Origin: Eledone cirrhosa
Taxonomy: Eukaryota
Assembly (NCBI GenBank): GCA_964016885.1
Contig: OZ024740.1
Span: 94,860,001 to 94,924,000 of the forward strand
DNA: 64,000 nt
Direction of reading: 5' to 3'
The stretch's first letter is position 1; each line of letters starts with the position of its first letter. Under the pieces are notes generated by a model. That model made no database searches. It worked only from the letters and a program-made list of their open reading frames with translations, and was not told where the DNA came from. Both the position numbers and the translations under genes were made by a program. Shown piece by piece: positions 26,672 through 40,692 of this stretch.

Positions 26672-28509
26672 GTATATTTATATATTTATATATAAATATA
26701 TATATTTACATATATAAATATGTATAAATATATATATTTACATATATAAATATGTATAACTACACACATATATATATATGTAAAATAATCGAATTTAGAA
26801 AGCCATTGTCTCACCTACCATATTTATATTGGGAGACTACGTAATTGCTGCCGTTTCACAGCTCCTCATATACTCAATTTATTGGCAATATATCTTATCA
26901 ACATTATTTATTAGACAATGTCTTGGAATATATGTTATCATACGGGAATTAATTTGTTTTAAAGCTTGTTGGCACGCTATATAATATATCAATATCTAAA
27001 TAATCGTTTACAAATATTATGAAACGGCGTGAGAAACATACTTCTTTAGCTTAAATGCATTTTATTACATTGGTTTTGTATCATGGTCAACTTAAACAAT
27101 TTCCAATATATTTTGTGACGTCGTTATGCTTTAATCTCTAACATTTGGTGCAGTTTGTCATAAATCATTAATACTTTATTATTTATTGTTTTATATATGA
27201 TTATACTGGACTTCCTTGGATTTAGAAACAACGAATCCTATACTGAGCAGACCTAATATCAATTTCATTCAAAGCCTCACAATCACATTTTCGAAGGTTT
27301 GGCTATATTGTCGTTCGGCGCCAATAATTATTCATAAATGTTAGGGGATAATTTCCAGTTACATATTTTGATATATATACATGGCCGAGTAAACCCATAC
27401 TTACTATAAACCTTATTAGATCTAAGTGAAAATGTTTAGATAAAAGATTACCAAATTTGGCTCGTTTCATATAATATGTGAAGCTGATTTGCGGGGAAAC
27501 TATCTGCTATTTCCATACCGTTTTTCCTATTAGACCATCTTTATTATGTTTTTTCAATTAAATGGAAGGCTGTATGGATCATGAAATTCTTTCTCGACAA
27601 AACCTGATTTTCAAACAAAATTAACAGTTTTCCATTCGTTCTGAAAGTTCCTCACAGTAACTATTCAATTCACATTTCAGATGTAAATTATTTAATTTGT
27701 GGTGCTTTCAAATTATTTATGTTTTCTTACTGGAAAAATTGACGAAGGAATTTCACGATTCAGCTGAAATGAATTTGAAACACAAATGTCTTAAATACAT
27801 ATGCGTAGTACATGAAACTTTCAAGACAATTTAAGTAATTATATCTATAATGAAATGCATACAAATATTGCTTTGATGTCGATATCTAACTCACTTTTAA
27901 TATAATCGACCTTCTGCCATTTATTTTAATATGTATAATTTTTTGTTATTCTTAATGTCGTTCAAACACAACCGAAATGGCTTTATATATTATTTCTCGA
28001 GTATCGTAAGGAGCGGAATACCCCCTCCTAGAAAGGCTATCTATTGTTCACATTAGAAATGTTTTTCTTTAGAAATCGTATTCCATTACTTACGAAAGTT
28101 TCCTGTGTTTTCCATTTTGAAATAATTCTATTGTTGTCTGCCATTCTCGTTTCCTCCGAATCTATTTCTTTGTTTACTTAGTGGTTGCACTTTCCTTTTT
28201 GCTAGACATTATCTATTTCTTTTTCTGTTAAAACCTTCCTATATTTACTATATATTAATATAACACTTTTTGGACAGCAACATTTCACCATGTCTTCATG
28301 ATTCTTCTGTTGTTTTTAATAATCTGCCTATTGAAACTGGTCTTTATAAGATTGTTCAACGTTACATAATGGGAATAAAGTTAAGAAAAGACATATCCGT
28401 TTGTCTCTGAAGCAGTCCCGATATTTCGCTGGTCCTCAAACTCAATTTCAAATTACGCAATGGGATAATGTAGCTGGTATTGCTTTTATATAACTACTCA
28501 TATAACCTT

Positions 28510-28841
<332 letters not shown>

Positions 28842-29329
28842 GTGTGTACGCGTTTGTGAGTGTGTCTGTGTTTTTGTATGTGTGTATATGCAGGATATTC
28901 GTAGATAAAATACAAAGGGAAAACTGTTTGTATCGTGTACAATATGATTTATTTATTGTACGTTAATATTCATAAACATACAATGTATTGGGGACCTTAG
29001 GTGTCGCGATCCCGTTCTGTTACCCACTGTATAGCGCATGTGTATTTCTGAAGATGACCTCTGTCTTTTGAGAGCCACTACACCATTATACAATCTAAGT
29101 TATAACTAGCACTTGAAACTTACATTTTATGAAAATTGACCTTATACCAATATCATACATTCACCTTATACCAATATCATAATTACTGTATAAGGGGACA
29201 ATACAGTACATATAGGAGAAGGATGATTATGATCAATTGTTAAACAATATTTTTGAACGACATCGGCTGTTTACGAAATCTAATAAAACGCTAATACAGA
29301 TTACCCAGATGTGTTTACACCGTCATTCC

Positions 29330-30130
29330 TATGGACATCGATGAATCTAAATATGCATTTCTCAGAGTAAAATTACGAATTTCCTATGTAACTGGCACCG
29401 TTTTAACATCTGATAAATGGTTGATTTATCCACGTAATACCAGTTACACATATTGAGGAATCTACCATATTGATGAATAATGACATGGATATATTTATGA
29501 GAATGTAACTGAAATCTATCTACACTGTGTATACATCACCTGAAGTCCAAATCGAAACAACTGCCCTGTATCTGTGTAATGTAAAACATTTGAGTCCTAA
29601 CGTATACTGAAGCTCATGCTGAAGAAATTGATCGCAGAATATTGTTGACCTAGCCTATTGATGAATAGGCCTATCATGTAAAGCATGTGTATGTCGATGC
29701 CCATGAATCTCACAGGAAAAGGTGTAAGTGTTGCAAAATGTATTAACATAAGACATAAATAAAGTATGAAATGATGTAATACAGAGATGGATTCCTGTTG
29801 TAATCAGCCGGTACTGTGATAATGTGGTATTTGTAAAGGAGGACACCTGTCGCACTTGTTATTTGCATTTGTTCTGATCGTACTCACACTGATACTGCGT
29901 TGTGGGAATACTTCATATCACTTTTGGAAAAGCAATGGCAAAATCTATCAGATTTTATTCATGGGTGATCTCAAGCGTATTGCCTAGCATGATGATGAGG
30001 TCGATAATCTCTACCAAATTTTGAAGTAAAAGAAATAATACTTTCAAAATATGCATTTCTAATTATAAAAATGTGTATATATCATGATGCAATATAGAGT
30101 GCAAGTAAATTCATGGAAAATGAGGCACAA
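29330..30130 (-). pseudogene. Decayed Cys-loop receptor, copy C
   Basis: YCIMIYTHFYN*KCIF (Cys-loop-like); RNPSLYYII; CLMLIHFATLTPFPV/DS (M1); AYSSIG*VNNILRSIS; SVYV..QMF. Confidence 0.55.
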
Positions 30131-30599
30131 TACAAATACCTACGTATATACAGAAGTAGATCAAATAAAGCAAGGTTAAATGAAAGACAACATTCACACA
30201 CATTTTATAAGATGTGTTTGTAAAAATCTTGATTCACAAGTTGAATAGAGAGAATATGATATATCAATTTTAATTTCGCGGGAAATATAAATAATACGTT
30301 TATGTACCGGTATTTCATTAGGAGTCAATTCAGAATTGACGGAAACAATAAAAAAAAAATGTATGTGATCAATTATGGACATGTGGGTCGGATGTATGTA
30401 ACAAGAGCCATAGGTGGTAAAATATTACTTGAAAACAAAATGATTTAGCCTCCTAGGAACATAGCAAATAATATGTATATGGTAACACGACAGGGTAGCT
30501 GTGATAATTCATTTGTGAAACGTTCAGAACTGTTTAGAATAAGAAGATTGTAGGATTATATAGATCTTTCGAATACCGACGGATACAATCATATAATTA

Positions 30600-30683
30600 G
30601 AAGAAGAAGAAGAAGAAGAAGAAGAAGAAGAAGAAGAAGAAGAAGAAGAAGAAGAAGAAGAAGAAGAAGAAGAAGAAGAAGAA
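30600..30683. repeat. (GAA)n microsatellite
   Basis: Direct inspection. Confidence 0.99.
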
Positions 30684-30744
30684 AGAGAATGAGGAGAAGA
30701 AGAAGGATGATAATTGTTTCTACTTTTGATACAAGCCCAGTAGG

Positions 30745-31090
30745 CCTTCATTTTTTCGACCCCGTAATAATGAAAGGCAAAGCTAAACTCGGCGGGATTT
30801 TACTTAGAACGTAACGGGCCATAACTCTATGATTTATCATTAATTACTTAGTAGAAGTAGAAGTATGGTTTCTAATATAGGCAAAAAGGCAGCAATTGTG
30901 GGCTAAGGGAAAGTAAATTGAATCGACCCTTGTTGATGACTTGTGATTTTACTTTGTCAACTGCTTAAAAATAAAAGATGCCAAAGGTAAACTAGGCGGA
31001 ATTTTAACTGAGATCATAAAGAGACGAAATTATATGCTGCAAAGCATGGTGTCCGACGTTCTACCTATACTGCCAATCCATCGCCATCGA
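30745..31090 (-). mobile_element. Two Octopus-type SINE copies (one partial, one diverged)
   Basis: tcgaccccg..tgaaaggcaaag..ggcgggattt motifs. Confidence 0.7.
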
Positions 31091-31866
31091 TAACTATATG
31101 AAACTATCATCTTTATCATCAATACATGATCCACCATATGTTGAATTATGATCTGCTGCATTGCGTGTTCGACAATATAAGACATACTATTCTAATTTTC
31201 ATCAGCTTTGTGAAGTGTATAAGGCTGATGGTGTGGTGGAAGATGTTGATAATGATTATGATGACGTGTGGATGATGATGTTAGTAACTGTGAAACTGTT
31301 GGGTATGCCGATGTTCAGGAGGACGTTGTTCAGGATGGATTCCCTTATGACGTTGGATTGTTTTTATTTTTATTAGTAACGCATCATAGTTGCTAAGTCT
31401 ATATTGGAATTAGACCTGTGCAGGTTTTTACAGAATTTGTTTTCCACGGATCTAACTATGATCGTGAAATATAAGTAACACGAACCTAGCATCTAGCATA
31501 TCGTCGAATTCATATATCAGTAACATTAGAAGGTTACAAACGTACTTCAATAGACAAAGGTTATTGCTTTATAAAGTATCACTTTGGAAGATATTCCCCA
31601 ATGCTGTAACACACTAATCTTAGTTCACATGTGTAGAACACATAATTGATTTAGAATTGTGTACACCTCAACAGGAAAGCTAACTTAATATTAGAATTAT
31701 TATAAATTAAAAGTTTTACTCTTCGTTTTTCATTCTAGCATATATTAGATTTAATATTCCGTACAACTGTTCAATATAGATTTTTGAGAATTATACCTGA
31801 AACTAAGTTGAGAAAAGTGGATCGAGAATTAAGAAAACACATATAAACAATCTAAAACACGTGTTC

Positions 31867-31929
<63 letters not shown>

Positions 31930-32181
31930 CGTAATAAACAACAAGGCAATTATTTCATTTAACAGTGGTTTCTAGAATGCAAACAAATCTGGGTTTCAAC
32001 CATCAAATGAATAAATCGTGGTGTATTTATTGACATTGGATTTTTAAAACAAAAATATAATATATATGGATGTGAGGCTGGGAAAGGAAGAAGGAAAGGA
32101 AAAAATAAACACACATAAACACACACACATACACACACCCATATACACACATATACAAAACACGTATATATATATTTACAT

Positions 32182-32266
<85 letters not shown>

Positions 32267-32292
32267 GTATAATAAACAATAACATATAATTA

Positions 32293-32362
32293 CCTCATTA
32301 CCAGAGGTTTCCCGAATAAGACGAATACGAAAGAAAAGTCCTCATTCGTTCGTCGGACAAGG
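32293..32362 (-). ncRNA. Type I hammerhead with CCGACGA core (sibling at 36318-36387, +)
   Basis: CCUUGU CCGACGA a CGAAUGAGGAC..GUCUUAUUCG g GAAA CCUCUGG UA AUGAGG. Confidence 0.7.
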
Positions 32363-33079
32363 CAATATAAAACATAGTGAAATATTTGGAAAGTCTCTTC
32401 AAGAAATGCAAAAAAATTAAAATATATGTATATATATGTATAAATAAAGGTAATGCAATAGACATATAAAATATATAAAAAAATATAAGGAAATACAGTT
32501 AGGTTGTGTGTATATGTATGTATATACACTCACAAATGTACATATGTATGTATGTACAAATGCGTGTGTATGGTGAAAATGTGTGCGTAATTACATATAT
32601 GAGGGCAAGTATATTTGTGTATATGTAACCACAAATACGGATATAATCTAGTTGACACGAATCCAGAAGTAGGTATTAGATACACATATGCGTATGAAAG
32701 TACGCGTATAAACACACACACACGCGCGATCACTTATATGCGGAAGATAAAGGGGGAAGGGAGTGTAATGGTTAAAAGAATGTGTCATTCTCGATATATT
32801 TATAAAAATTAAACAATATGTGAGAAAGAAAAAAATATTAAATGAAAGAGAAAGTAGTCAATTAACACTAGAGAAAAGAAAAGTAAAGAAAAGAAAAGAA
32901 GTTACACGCGCACATAGACATATATCTATAAAAAACATATATCTATAAAAAAATATATATATACACGCAATACATACGGACAAAAGCGTATGCATGCTTA
33001 CATACATACACAGGATGCACGCATACATATACATACATATCGCCCCATGTTTATCTAATCACACGTCCGTACGCGACGA

Positions 33080-33127
<48 letters not shown>

Positions 33128-34991
33128 GCACACATACCTACCCACACATACAATACATATATACACACATACACACAAACATATTAACGTAGATTGACCC
33201 GCTTACACGCGCACATATAAATAAGTATGTAAAAAACATAGATGTAAAAAAAAAGATATAAAAACATACATACATACACATATATATACACGCACGCACG
33301 CGTGCATATGGAGGCGTTCGTGTACATATACGGAACGTATACACACATAAAGATACTCAGACACATAGATACAGGGTGTAATATTGACACTAAGCTTTCC
33401 AGTGTTAATTTCCTAGATATAAACCTAGATTTGCCTACTGCTTCTTATAACCATACCATAAACCTAATGAACATTTAAAATATATAAATAAAGGCTCTTG
33501 CCATCCTCCTATAGTTTTTAAAAACCTTATCCCTAATATTAGACGTAGGTTCTCGACCCTCTCTTCCTCAGGAGCTATTTTCAATATGGCATCCCACTAC
33601 TATAATAAAGCCCTCCAAAATAGCGGATTCAGCGAACCGATTAAATACATACCCAACTATACTAACTCTTTTAAACATAAAAATAGGAAAAGAAAAATAA
33701 TCTGGTTCACACCCCCTACTCTCTAGCAGTTAAAACTAATGTAGGCAAAACATTCCTAGCGCTCTTAGATAAACATTTCCCTAGAACACATAGATACTAT
33801 AAGATCTTTAATAGATACTGTGTCAAAATTAGCTACTCCTGCGGTCCCCCTATTACATCTTATATCATTAACAAAAAATCACCTAGAGAACATCAAAATT
33901 GCTCCTGTAGAGTCAAAAGTGAATGCCCATTACAAGGTAAATGCAACACCAATGCCATTGTATATGCGGCTAAAGTGACATCCACCAGCAACAAACAACC
34001 AACCACCAGTGAACGATATGTGGGTAAGACACAAGACAAATTCAAAACGCGTTATTACTCACATGCCGCATCCTTTCGACATCCAGAAAAAAGATTCACA
34101 ACAGCTCTGGCTAGCAGAATATGGGATTTGAAAGACCAAGGTATCCAATATAAATTGGATTGGTCAAATTTGAACCAATCTAAAGAATATGCAAGAGGAA
34201 CAAGAAAATGCACACTCTGCATAAATGAAAAATATTGGATTTTACAAAACCTTAAATCACCAAACACGTGCCTAAATACAAAGACATACATTTTCACCAG
34301 TTGCCCACACATGAAATCACACTTGCTTTCCAGCTCATATAAACTTAACTCACTTTCAGTTACTTATCATCCATAAGCTCTTATTCTTCACTTAAATTAT
34401 TCTCTTTAAAGACTACTCTTTCTGATTTACTTTCATTTTTAACCTTATTATTAATTTTATTTTTATTTTTATTTTTATTTTTATTTTTATTTTTATTTTT
34501 ATTTTTATTTTTATTTTTACTTCACATCCACCAGTACCCCCCCCCCCTTTATTCTTCGATTAAACTTACCTAATATCTTCACTTTCCACATTTTACTTAC
34601 CTATTTTCTTTACTACCTCATTACATAGGTCACTTGCGTTTTTCACTCCAGATATTTTCTGTTATTTCACAGTCAATTTGATATTTTTATATTTGTACTC
34701 ATTTATTCGTAAGGCTGCCTTACACCCTGTATCTATGTGTCTGAGCGTCTTTCTGTGTGTATACGTTCCGTATATGTACACGAACGCCTCCGTATGCGTG
34801 CGTGCGTGTATATATATTTGTATTTATGTATGTTTTTACATCTGTGTTTTTACATCTATGTTTTTTACTTTCTTATTTTTACGTGTGTGCGTGTAAGCGG
34901 GTCAATGTACGTGAATATGTTTGTTTGTACGTGTGTATATATGTAGTGTATGTATGGGTATGTATGTGTGCGTGTATATATATATATATAT

Positions 34992-35608
34992 ACTGGTAAC
35001 ATGTATCCCAGTACAACCTGTCTCATGGTCGGGTCGTTGGCGACTAAACTGGCAACCCCACCAAGGTTTCTTGGTGAGGAGGGTGACTTTGGACATCCTG
35101 CAGGACTAAAAACAAAACCTGTCAAAGGGCAAAGGAGCTCTTAAGAGTCAATGGCCATCCAAAATCACCGGGAGAGATGACCCCTTTAGCCTTAGTCAAG
35201 GCAGAATTCTAGGAGAAGGAAAACTCTGATATAACACCTGCAACCCTGATGGTATCCAATGATGTTGACTTGTTCTTCTTTTTGGTAAATAGCATCTTGG
35301 TTAAGAGAGTGGGACTGGCTTTGTGCAGTGCCTTTGCTCACTATAAAAGCTTCACGGCACAGGCATTGCTTTATATCTGGAGATCTCTCTGCACTTGTCC
35401 TCACATGGGCCCAGCACTATGTGTCAATAATTGTCCTACCATGGGCCTAGCACTATGTGTCAATGATTGTCACAGGTGTAGTGTTTGTACCAGAGGTTTC
35501 AAGTCGCTGGCTGGACTAAAAAGTCACACTCGTTCAGCGCTTCGGTAGGGGTTATCCTACATGGATGTAAAGTAGTGGCCGTACTCGAAAACGAGTTGGC
35601 AGCCACCA
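34992..35608 (+). mobile_element. RTE-derived non-autonomous element nested in the pLTR
   Basis: RTE-like 5' motif taggagaaggaaaactctgat; 3' C2H2 CSVCTRGFKSLAGLKSH; flanked by (TA)n; interrupts only one arm. Confidence 0.6.
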
Positions 35609-36626
35609 TATATATATATATATACAGTCGCGTACGTACATGTGATTAGATATGCATTGGGCGATATGTATGTATATCTATGCGTGCATCCTGTGTATGT
35701 ATGTACGCATGCATACGCTTTTGTCCGTACGTATTCATGTATATATATTTTTTTTATAGATATATGTGTATGTACGCGTGTATCTTCTTTTCTTTACTTT
35801 TCTTTTCTCTAGTGTTAATTGACTACTTTCTCTTTCATTTAAACATTTTTTTCTTTCTAACATAATGTTTAATTTTTATACATATATCGGGAATGACACT
35901 TTCTTTTAAATATTACACTCCCTTCCCCCTTTATCTTCCGCATATAAATGATCGCGCGTGTGTGTGTGTTTATACGCGTGCTTTCATACTCATATGTGTA
36001 TCTAAGACCTGCTTCTGGATTCGTGTCAACTAGATTATATCCGTATTTGTGGTTACATATACACAAATATACTTGCCCTCATATATGTACTTACGCACAC
36101 ATGTTCACCATACACACTCATTTGTACATACATACATATGTACATGTGTGAGTGTATATACATACATATACACACACCTAACTATATTTCCTTATATTTT
36201 TTTATATATTTTATATGTCTATTGCGTTACCTTTATTTATATATATATATATATATATTTTATTTTTTTTGCATTTCTTGAAGAGACTTTCCAAATATTT
36301 CAATATGTTTTATATTGCCTTCTCCGACGAACGAATGAGGACATTTCTTTCGTATTCGTCTTATTCGGAAAACCTCTGGTAATGAGGTAATTATATTGTA
36401 TTGTTTATTATACATTAAATTTTGCTCTGGTACTTACATAGAGCACTCTTCACTCCTATGACTTTTTCAATTTTCAACGGAAACTTCAATACACATATAT
36501 ATATATATATATATGTATACATACATACACATATACATACTCGTACACATACACATACATATACATATACATACACACATATATATCCACATATCCATAC
36601 ATCCACATACACACAAATAAACAAAG

Positions 36627-36715
<89 letters not shown>

Positions 36716-36729
36716 TACGTGTGCATATA

Positions 36730-36783
<54 letters not shown>

Positions 36784-36849
36784 GGCACGCACACACAGAT
36801 ACACACACACACACACACACACACACATAAACACATATGTATATGTATA

Positions 36850-37475
36850 TACACGATACAATTATTCCAACAGGTACGTAACTCGACGCAAACCCAAGTT
36901 TCCTTAGCGTTCTAGATAACGCCAATTTCTCAATTCATCTTTTCACTCTGGACTAATTTCATGGGTGTCTTCTTATATATACAAGTTATAATCATAAGGA
37001 GAGGAATTAGTAACTCCAATTTTTAAATTATAGTGGCTTGCAAAGTATTTCTGTGTAACATAGGAAGCAGAAATCTAGTAAAGATTCATTAAAGGCGGCT
37101 AACATATGTCCACGTTGCAGATAATTGTAGTAGAATTTATAAAGACATTCTATTGTTTTGTATGATTTCGGTTGAAGAAATCGAAACAAATAATTAAGCA
37201 TCACTTATTAGAAAGTGTGTTTCTGAGAATATTGCTTTATTCGCCTGTACATAACTAACACGATCCATTAATCTAGGGCCTGGACTTTAAACGTACCCTA
37301 CATATTTTAGAAACATCCATACCTCCCTCATTTAGATGCTATAATTGCCTTTCTACATTTGAATCAGCATGCTACATGAAAATTGAGCATCATTTTAGGC
37401 TTTGTAGCCTACTGGGAAATATGTATCTACGAGTGTTAGGCATTTTAAACACATTAACGTTTCCGTTGAGAGGTT
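36850..37475 (-). pseudogene. Decayed Cys-loop receptor, copy D (M4 probably displaced to 31780-31865)
   Basis: NGNV; KCLTLVDTYFPVG; D*WIVL; RMSL*ILLQL..FTRFLLP; KIGVT; LVYKKTP..EIGVI; distal TRVLDCLYVF..FLNLVSGIIL. Confidence 0.6.
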
Positions 37476-37481
37476 ATAGTG

Positions 37482-37522
<41 letters not shown>

Positions 37523-37549
37523 TTTAAATAGATGTGTAACACACGAGTC

Positions 37550-39430
37550 GTAAACGGAAAAGAAAATGCTGACTAATTGTTCCTAGTGAAAAATAGTTTA
37601 ATTAGGAATAAGTAAAAATTAGTACTAAGTATTGGTTATTATTCAGATTTAGTTTTAAGTTTTACCGCTTGCGCATTTTTAATGCTTTTCAAAAATAATT
37701 TTGAGATAGAGCGCCCGTGATGTTTGCTCTAATCTGATTAGTTTTGGAAATTCTACCTGTTTTATGTGAACAGAGTGGCTCCAGAGGTATTAAAATAGGT
37801 TTCGCGACAATTCGTGTTGCAAAAATGATTGTCGTCAAAACAATTTTGATTGGTCGGTAGAGGTCACGTGAATGTTAAAATTGATTTTGCGCCAAATGTA
37901 AGTTTGTCGAAGAATGTCCCTTTTCGCTTGATTGAGAAGTCACTGAAAAATAAGTGTTTTAAGACAAATATGTGTGTGCGTGTGTGTGTGTATTAATGAG
38001 ATGCATTGTTGTGATAATGGGCTGTAGGGATGTGTGTGTGTGAATTGCAGTCATGTTGAAAGGTCAACAGTTCAGGTGCCTATTAAGACAAATAAGTGTG
38101 TGTGTGTGCGTGTGTGTGGGTGTGTGTGTAGCAGAGTAATTCGTGGTAGAGGGATCGGTCAGTAGGAATGTGTCTGTACGTTTGTGGGGGATATTTTAAC
38201 ATGTTGAAATATATATTTCAGCTCTTGTCTTATACGGAGAAGTGTGTGTGTGTGTATGTCTATTTGTATGTTAGTGTACGGTTGTGTATGTGTGTGTGTA
38301 TATGTGTGTATGTGGGGGTGGGGGGGCAGTATTTTTGTAATACTGGTAAAAATGGCGTACATTATTCGATATTTTCAGCAAAAACGATTCTCTCAAGAGA
38401 ACATCAAAAACATTAATAATGCTTTCTTTAATAATAATACTGCTTTCTTTATCAAAAACATTAATAATAAAAGGTGTGAAATGATATGTAGTATTGTCAT
38501 AACACCAAGGTGTGTGTGTGAGTGTCCAGATTGTACGTACTGCAAGGGGAATTCATTAGGCCCTGCCGTATTGGAATACTTGTGTTCAAATAAGTTTGCG
38601 CCCATCAGTGTGCAATGCATGTGTGCGTATATGTATGTGTGTCGGCACGTTTATATCTATAGACATCAAAAGGTATGCAAAAGGTATCAAAAGGTATGCA
38701 AATTTGTGTATGTTTGTGTATGTTTGTGTTGCACCATAGAACATGTGTGTCTACGTATGTCATTGTGTTTATATGTGGATAGAGATATATGTAGGATGTA
38801 TGCTGATGTAGGTATGTATTTTCACGTGTGTATGTTGTGGGTTCGTCTTAGGGAGAAGTGTTTAGACGAGGTCTGTATTTGTTAATAAAGTGAGATTCCT
38901 TGCTGATGCGCTGAGTGTGGGTGGCATTATCTTCAAATGTGTAGAGGGGAAATATTCTAAAGTTTGGACGATTTTGGAATCAATATGTTCACTCAGTGAT
39001 ATTTTCCTGTATTCCCTTATTTTAATTTGCGATCTATGGACAATCATGCGTTGGCGAAGCTGTCTTTGGTCTGGTCTATATATTGTTCTCGACAACCTGA
39101 GCAAGTTAATACATATATTAGATTTTCTGATGCGCATGTGAAATTGTGTTTTACTATAAAACGTTGTCCGTCTCTGAAATATAATTCCGAAACTTCTATT
39201 AGGTTGAGGCATATGCCACAGTTGGGTCTATCGCATTTTTTTACTGTGGGTTTCGTTGTTGTGGTTGGCAGTACTTTGGCATGTGTTAACATGTTTTTCA
39301 TTGACTTAGATTGTCCTTTGCTCTTAAAACTGAAACAGAATACTAACCAATAATTATTACTAAGTTTTACTTATTCCTAATTAAACTATTTTTCACTGGG
39401 AGCAATTTGTCTGCATTTTCTTTTCCTTTT
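37550..39430 (-). mobile_element. PLE 3' portion (Neptune-like GIY-YIG) with inverted termini
   Basis: ORF 39044-39301 KKCDRPNCGIC..NFTCASENLIYVLTCSGCREQYIDQT; 37555-37660 is inverted at 39323-39428; solo pLTR copy at 45718-46370. Confidence 0.88.
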
Positions 39431-39432
39431 GC

Positions 39433-39480
<48 letters not shown>

Positions 39481-39846
39481 ATATATATATATATATATAT
39501 TGTTATATATATATATATATATTGTTATATATGGGGAGGGTCATATAATTATATTGTTATAATATTGCCGGAAATAATAACAGAACACACTCACTGTCTC
39601 CTTTGGGTTAGGTTTCGCTTCTGTATATTTTATATCTCCATAGTTAATTTATCTAACAATCAATATTTATCAATGATTGACCAATGGTTAAACATACATA
39701 TATAAACATATATATATATATAGTCTATCAAATTTATTTTGTCACACATCTGTGCCATCATCATTGGATCTCTTATGTTTCCCTCATGTTTCTTTACGTT
39801 GTATTGTAATGTCTACGACATTTTTATTTAAGTATGTGTATATGTG

Positions 39847-39899
<53 letters not shown>

Positions 39900-40299
39900 A
39901 GAAAGTGAATAAACTTGTAGAACAATAAAACTATGAATTTATCAGATAAGTAGCACTCAACAGTTGATAGAACTGGAGTATCATTTTCTATAAAAGGCAG
40001 ATTTTTGTGTCTGTATGTATGTTTCAATTTTATACATTTACACAATTCCAAAAATATTGAATGAATAATTAAGCAGAATGTTTACAAATATTCTAACTTG
40101 GGTCATGGACGATCTTATTGGCTAAAAAATGCCACAATTACGGAAAAATCGTTTTATTTCAACAATCGATGATTTCTCCTCTCTCATATGATATACGTTT
40201 CCTATATCTACTCCCATTCATCACCTCCCCTTAAAATTGCTACCTTCTCTTATAAGTGTTTGTGAAAAAGAGAAACATTGAAAAAAACATATACACACA

Positions 40300-40660
40300 T
40301 ATATCTGGGTACATACACACACATATATGTTGGTATGGTTACGATTGACGTCATAGAAACAGGAACGCGGGAATTTCAATCAATCAACGCATACACAGTT
40401 TGTTTTAGAAATAACAATAGCATATAATGATAAAGAGATCGGCCTTACACTTTCAAACTAAATGTTTCTGTATAAGTAACTTTAACCCTTTATTTTCGAC
40501 ATAAAAATACACACATACGTACAAATACCTGTACATTTTTTTTTTTGGGGGGGGGCTTTATTTTCAATCTGTTTACATTCAATTATCAGCCTTATACATT
40601 CAAAGTCAATTTTTATTTTGAAGTAAATTTCAACCTTTAATACATACATACATACATACA

Positions 40661-40692
<32 letters not shown>

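Larger units (their letters stand above)
32265..36416 (+). mobile_element. 5'-truncated Naiad-type PLE enclosed by ~1.1 kb inverted pLTRs
   Basis: Core 33385-34376: VNFLDINLDL..YHKPN; IIWFTP; CSC..CPLQGKC; ORF 33975-34376 YVGKTQDKFKTRYYSH..CTLCINEK..CPH. 32265-33380 is inverted at 34719-34990 plus 35610-36416. Confidence 0.92.

Noticed and set aside
38244-38885. 213 aa Cys-rich ORF
   Set aside because: TG-rich low-complexity antisense of a PLE 3' UTR.
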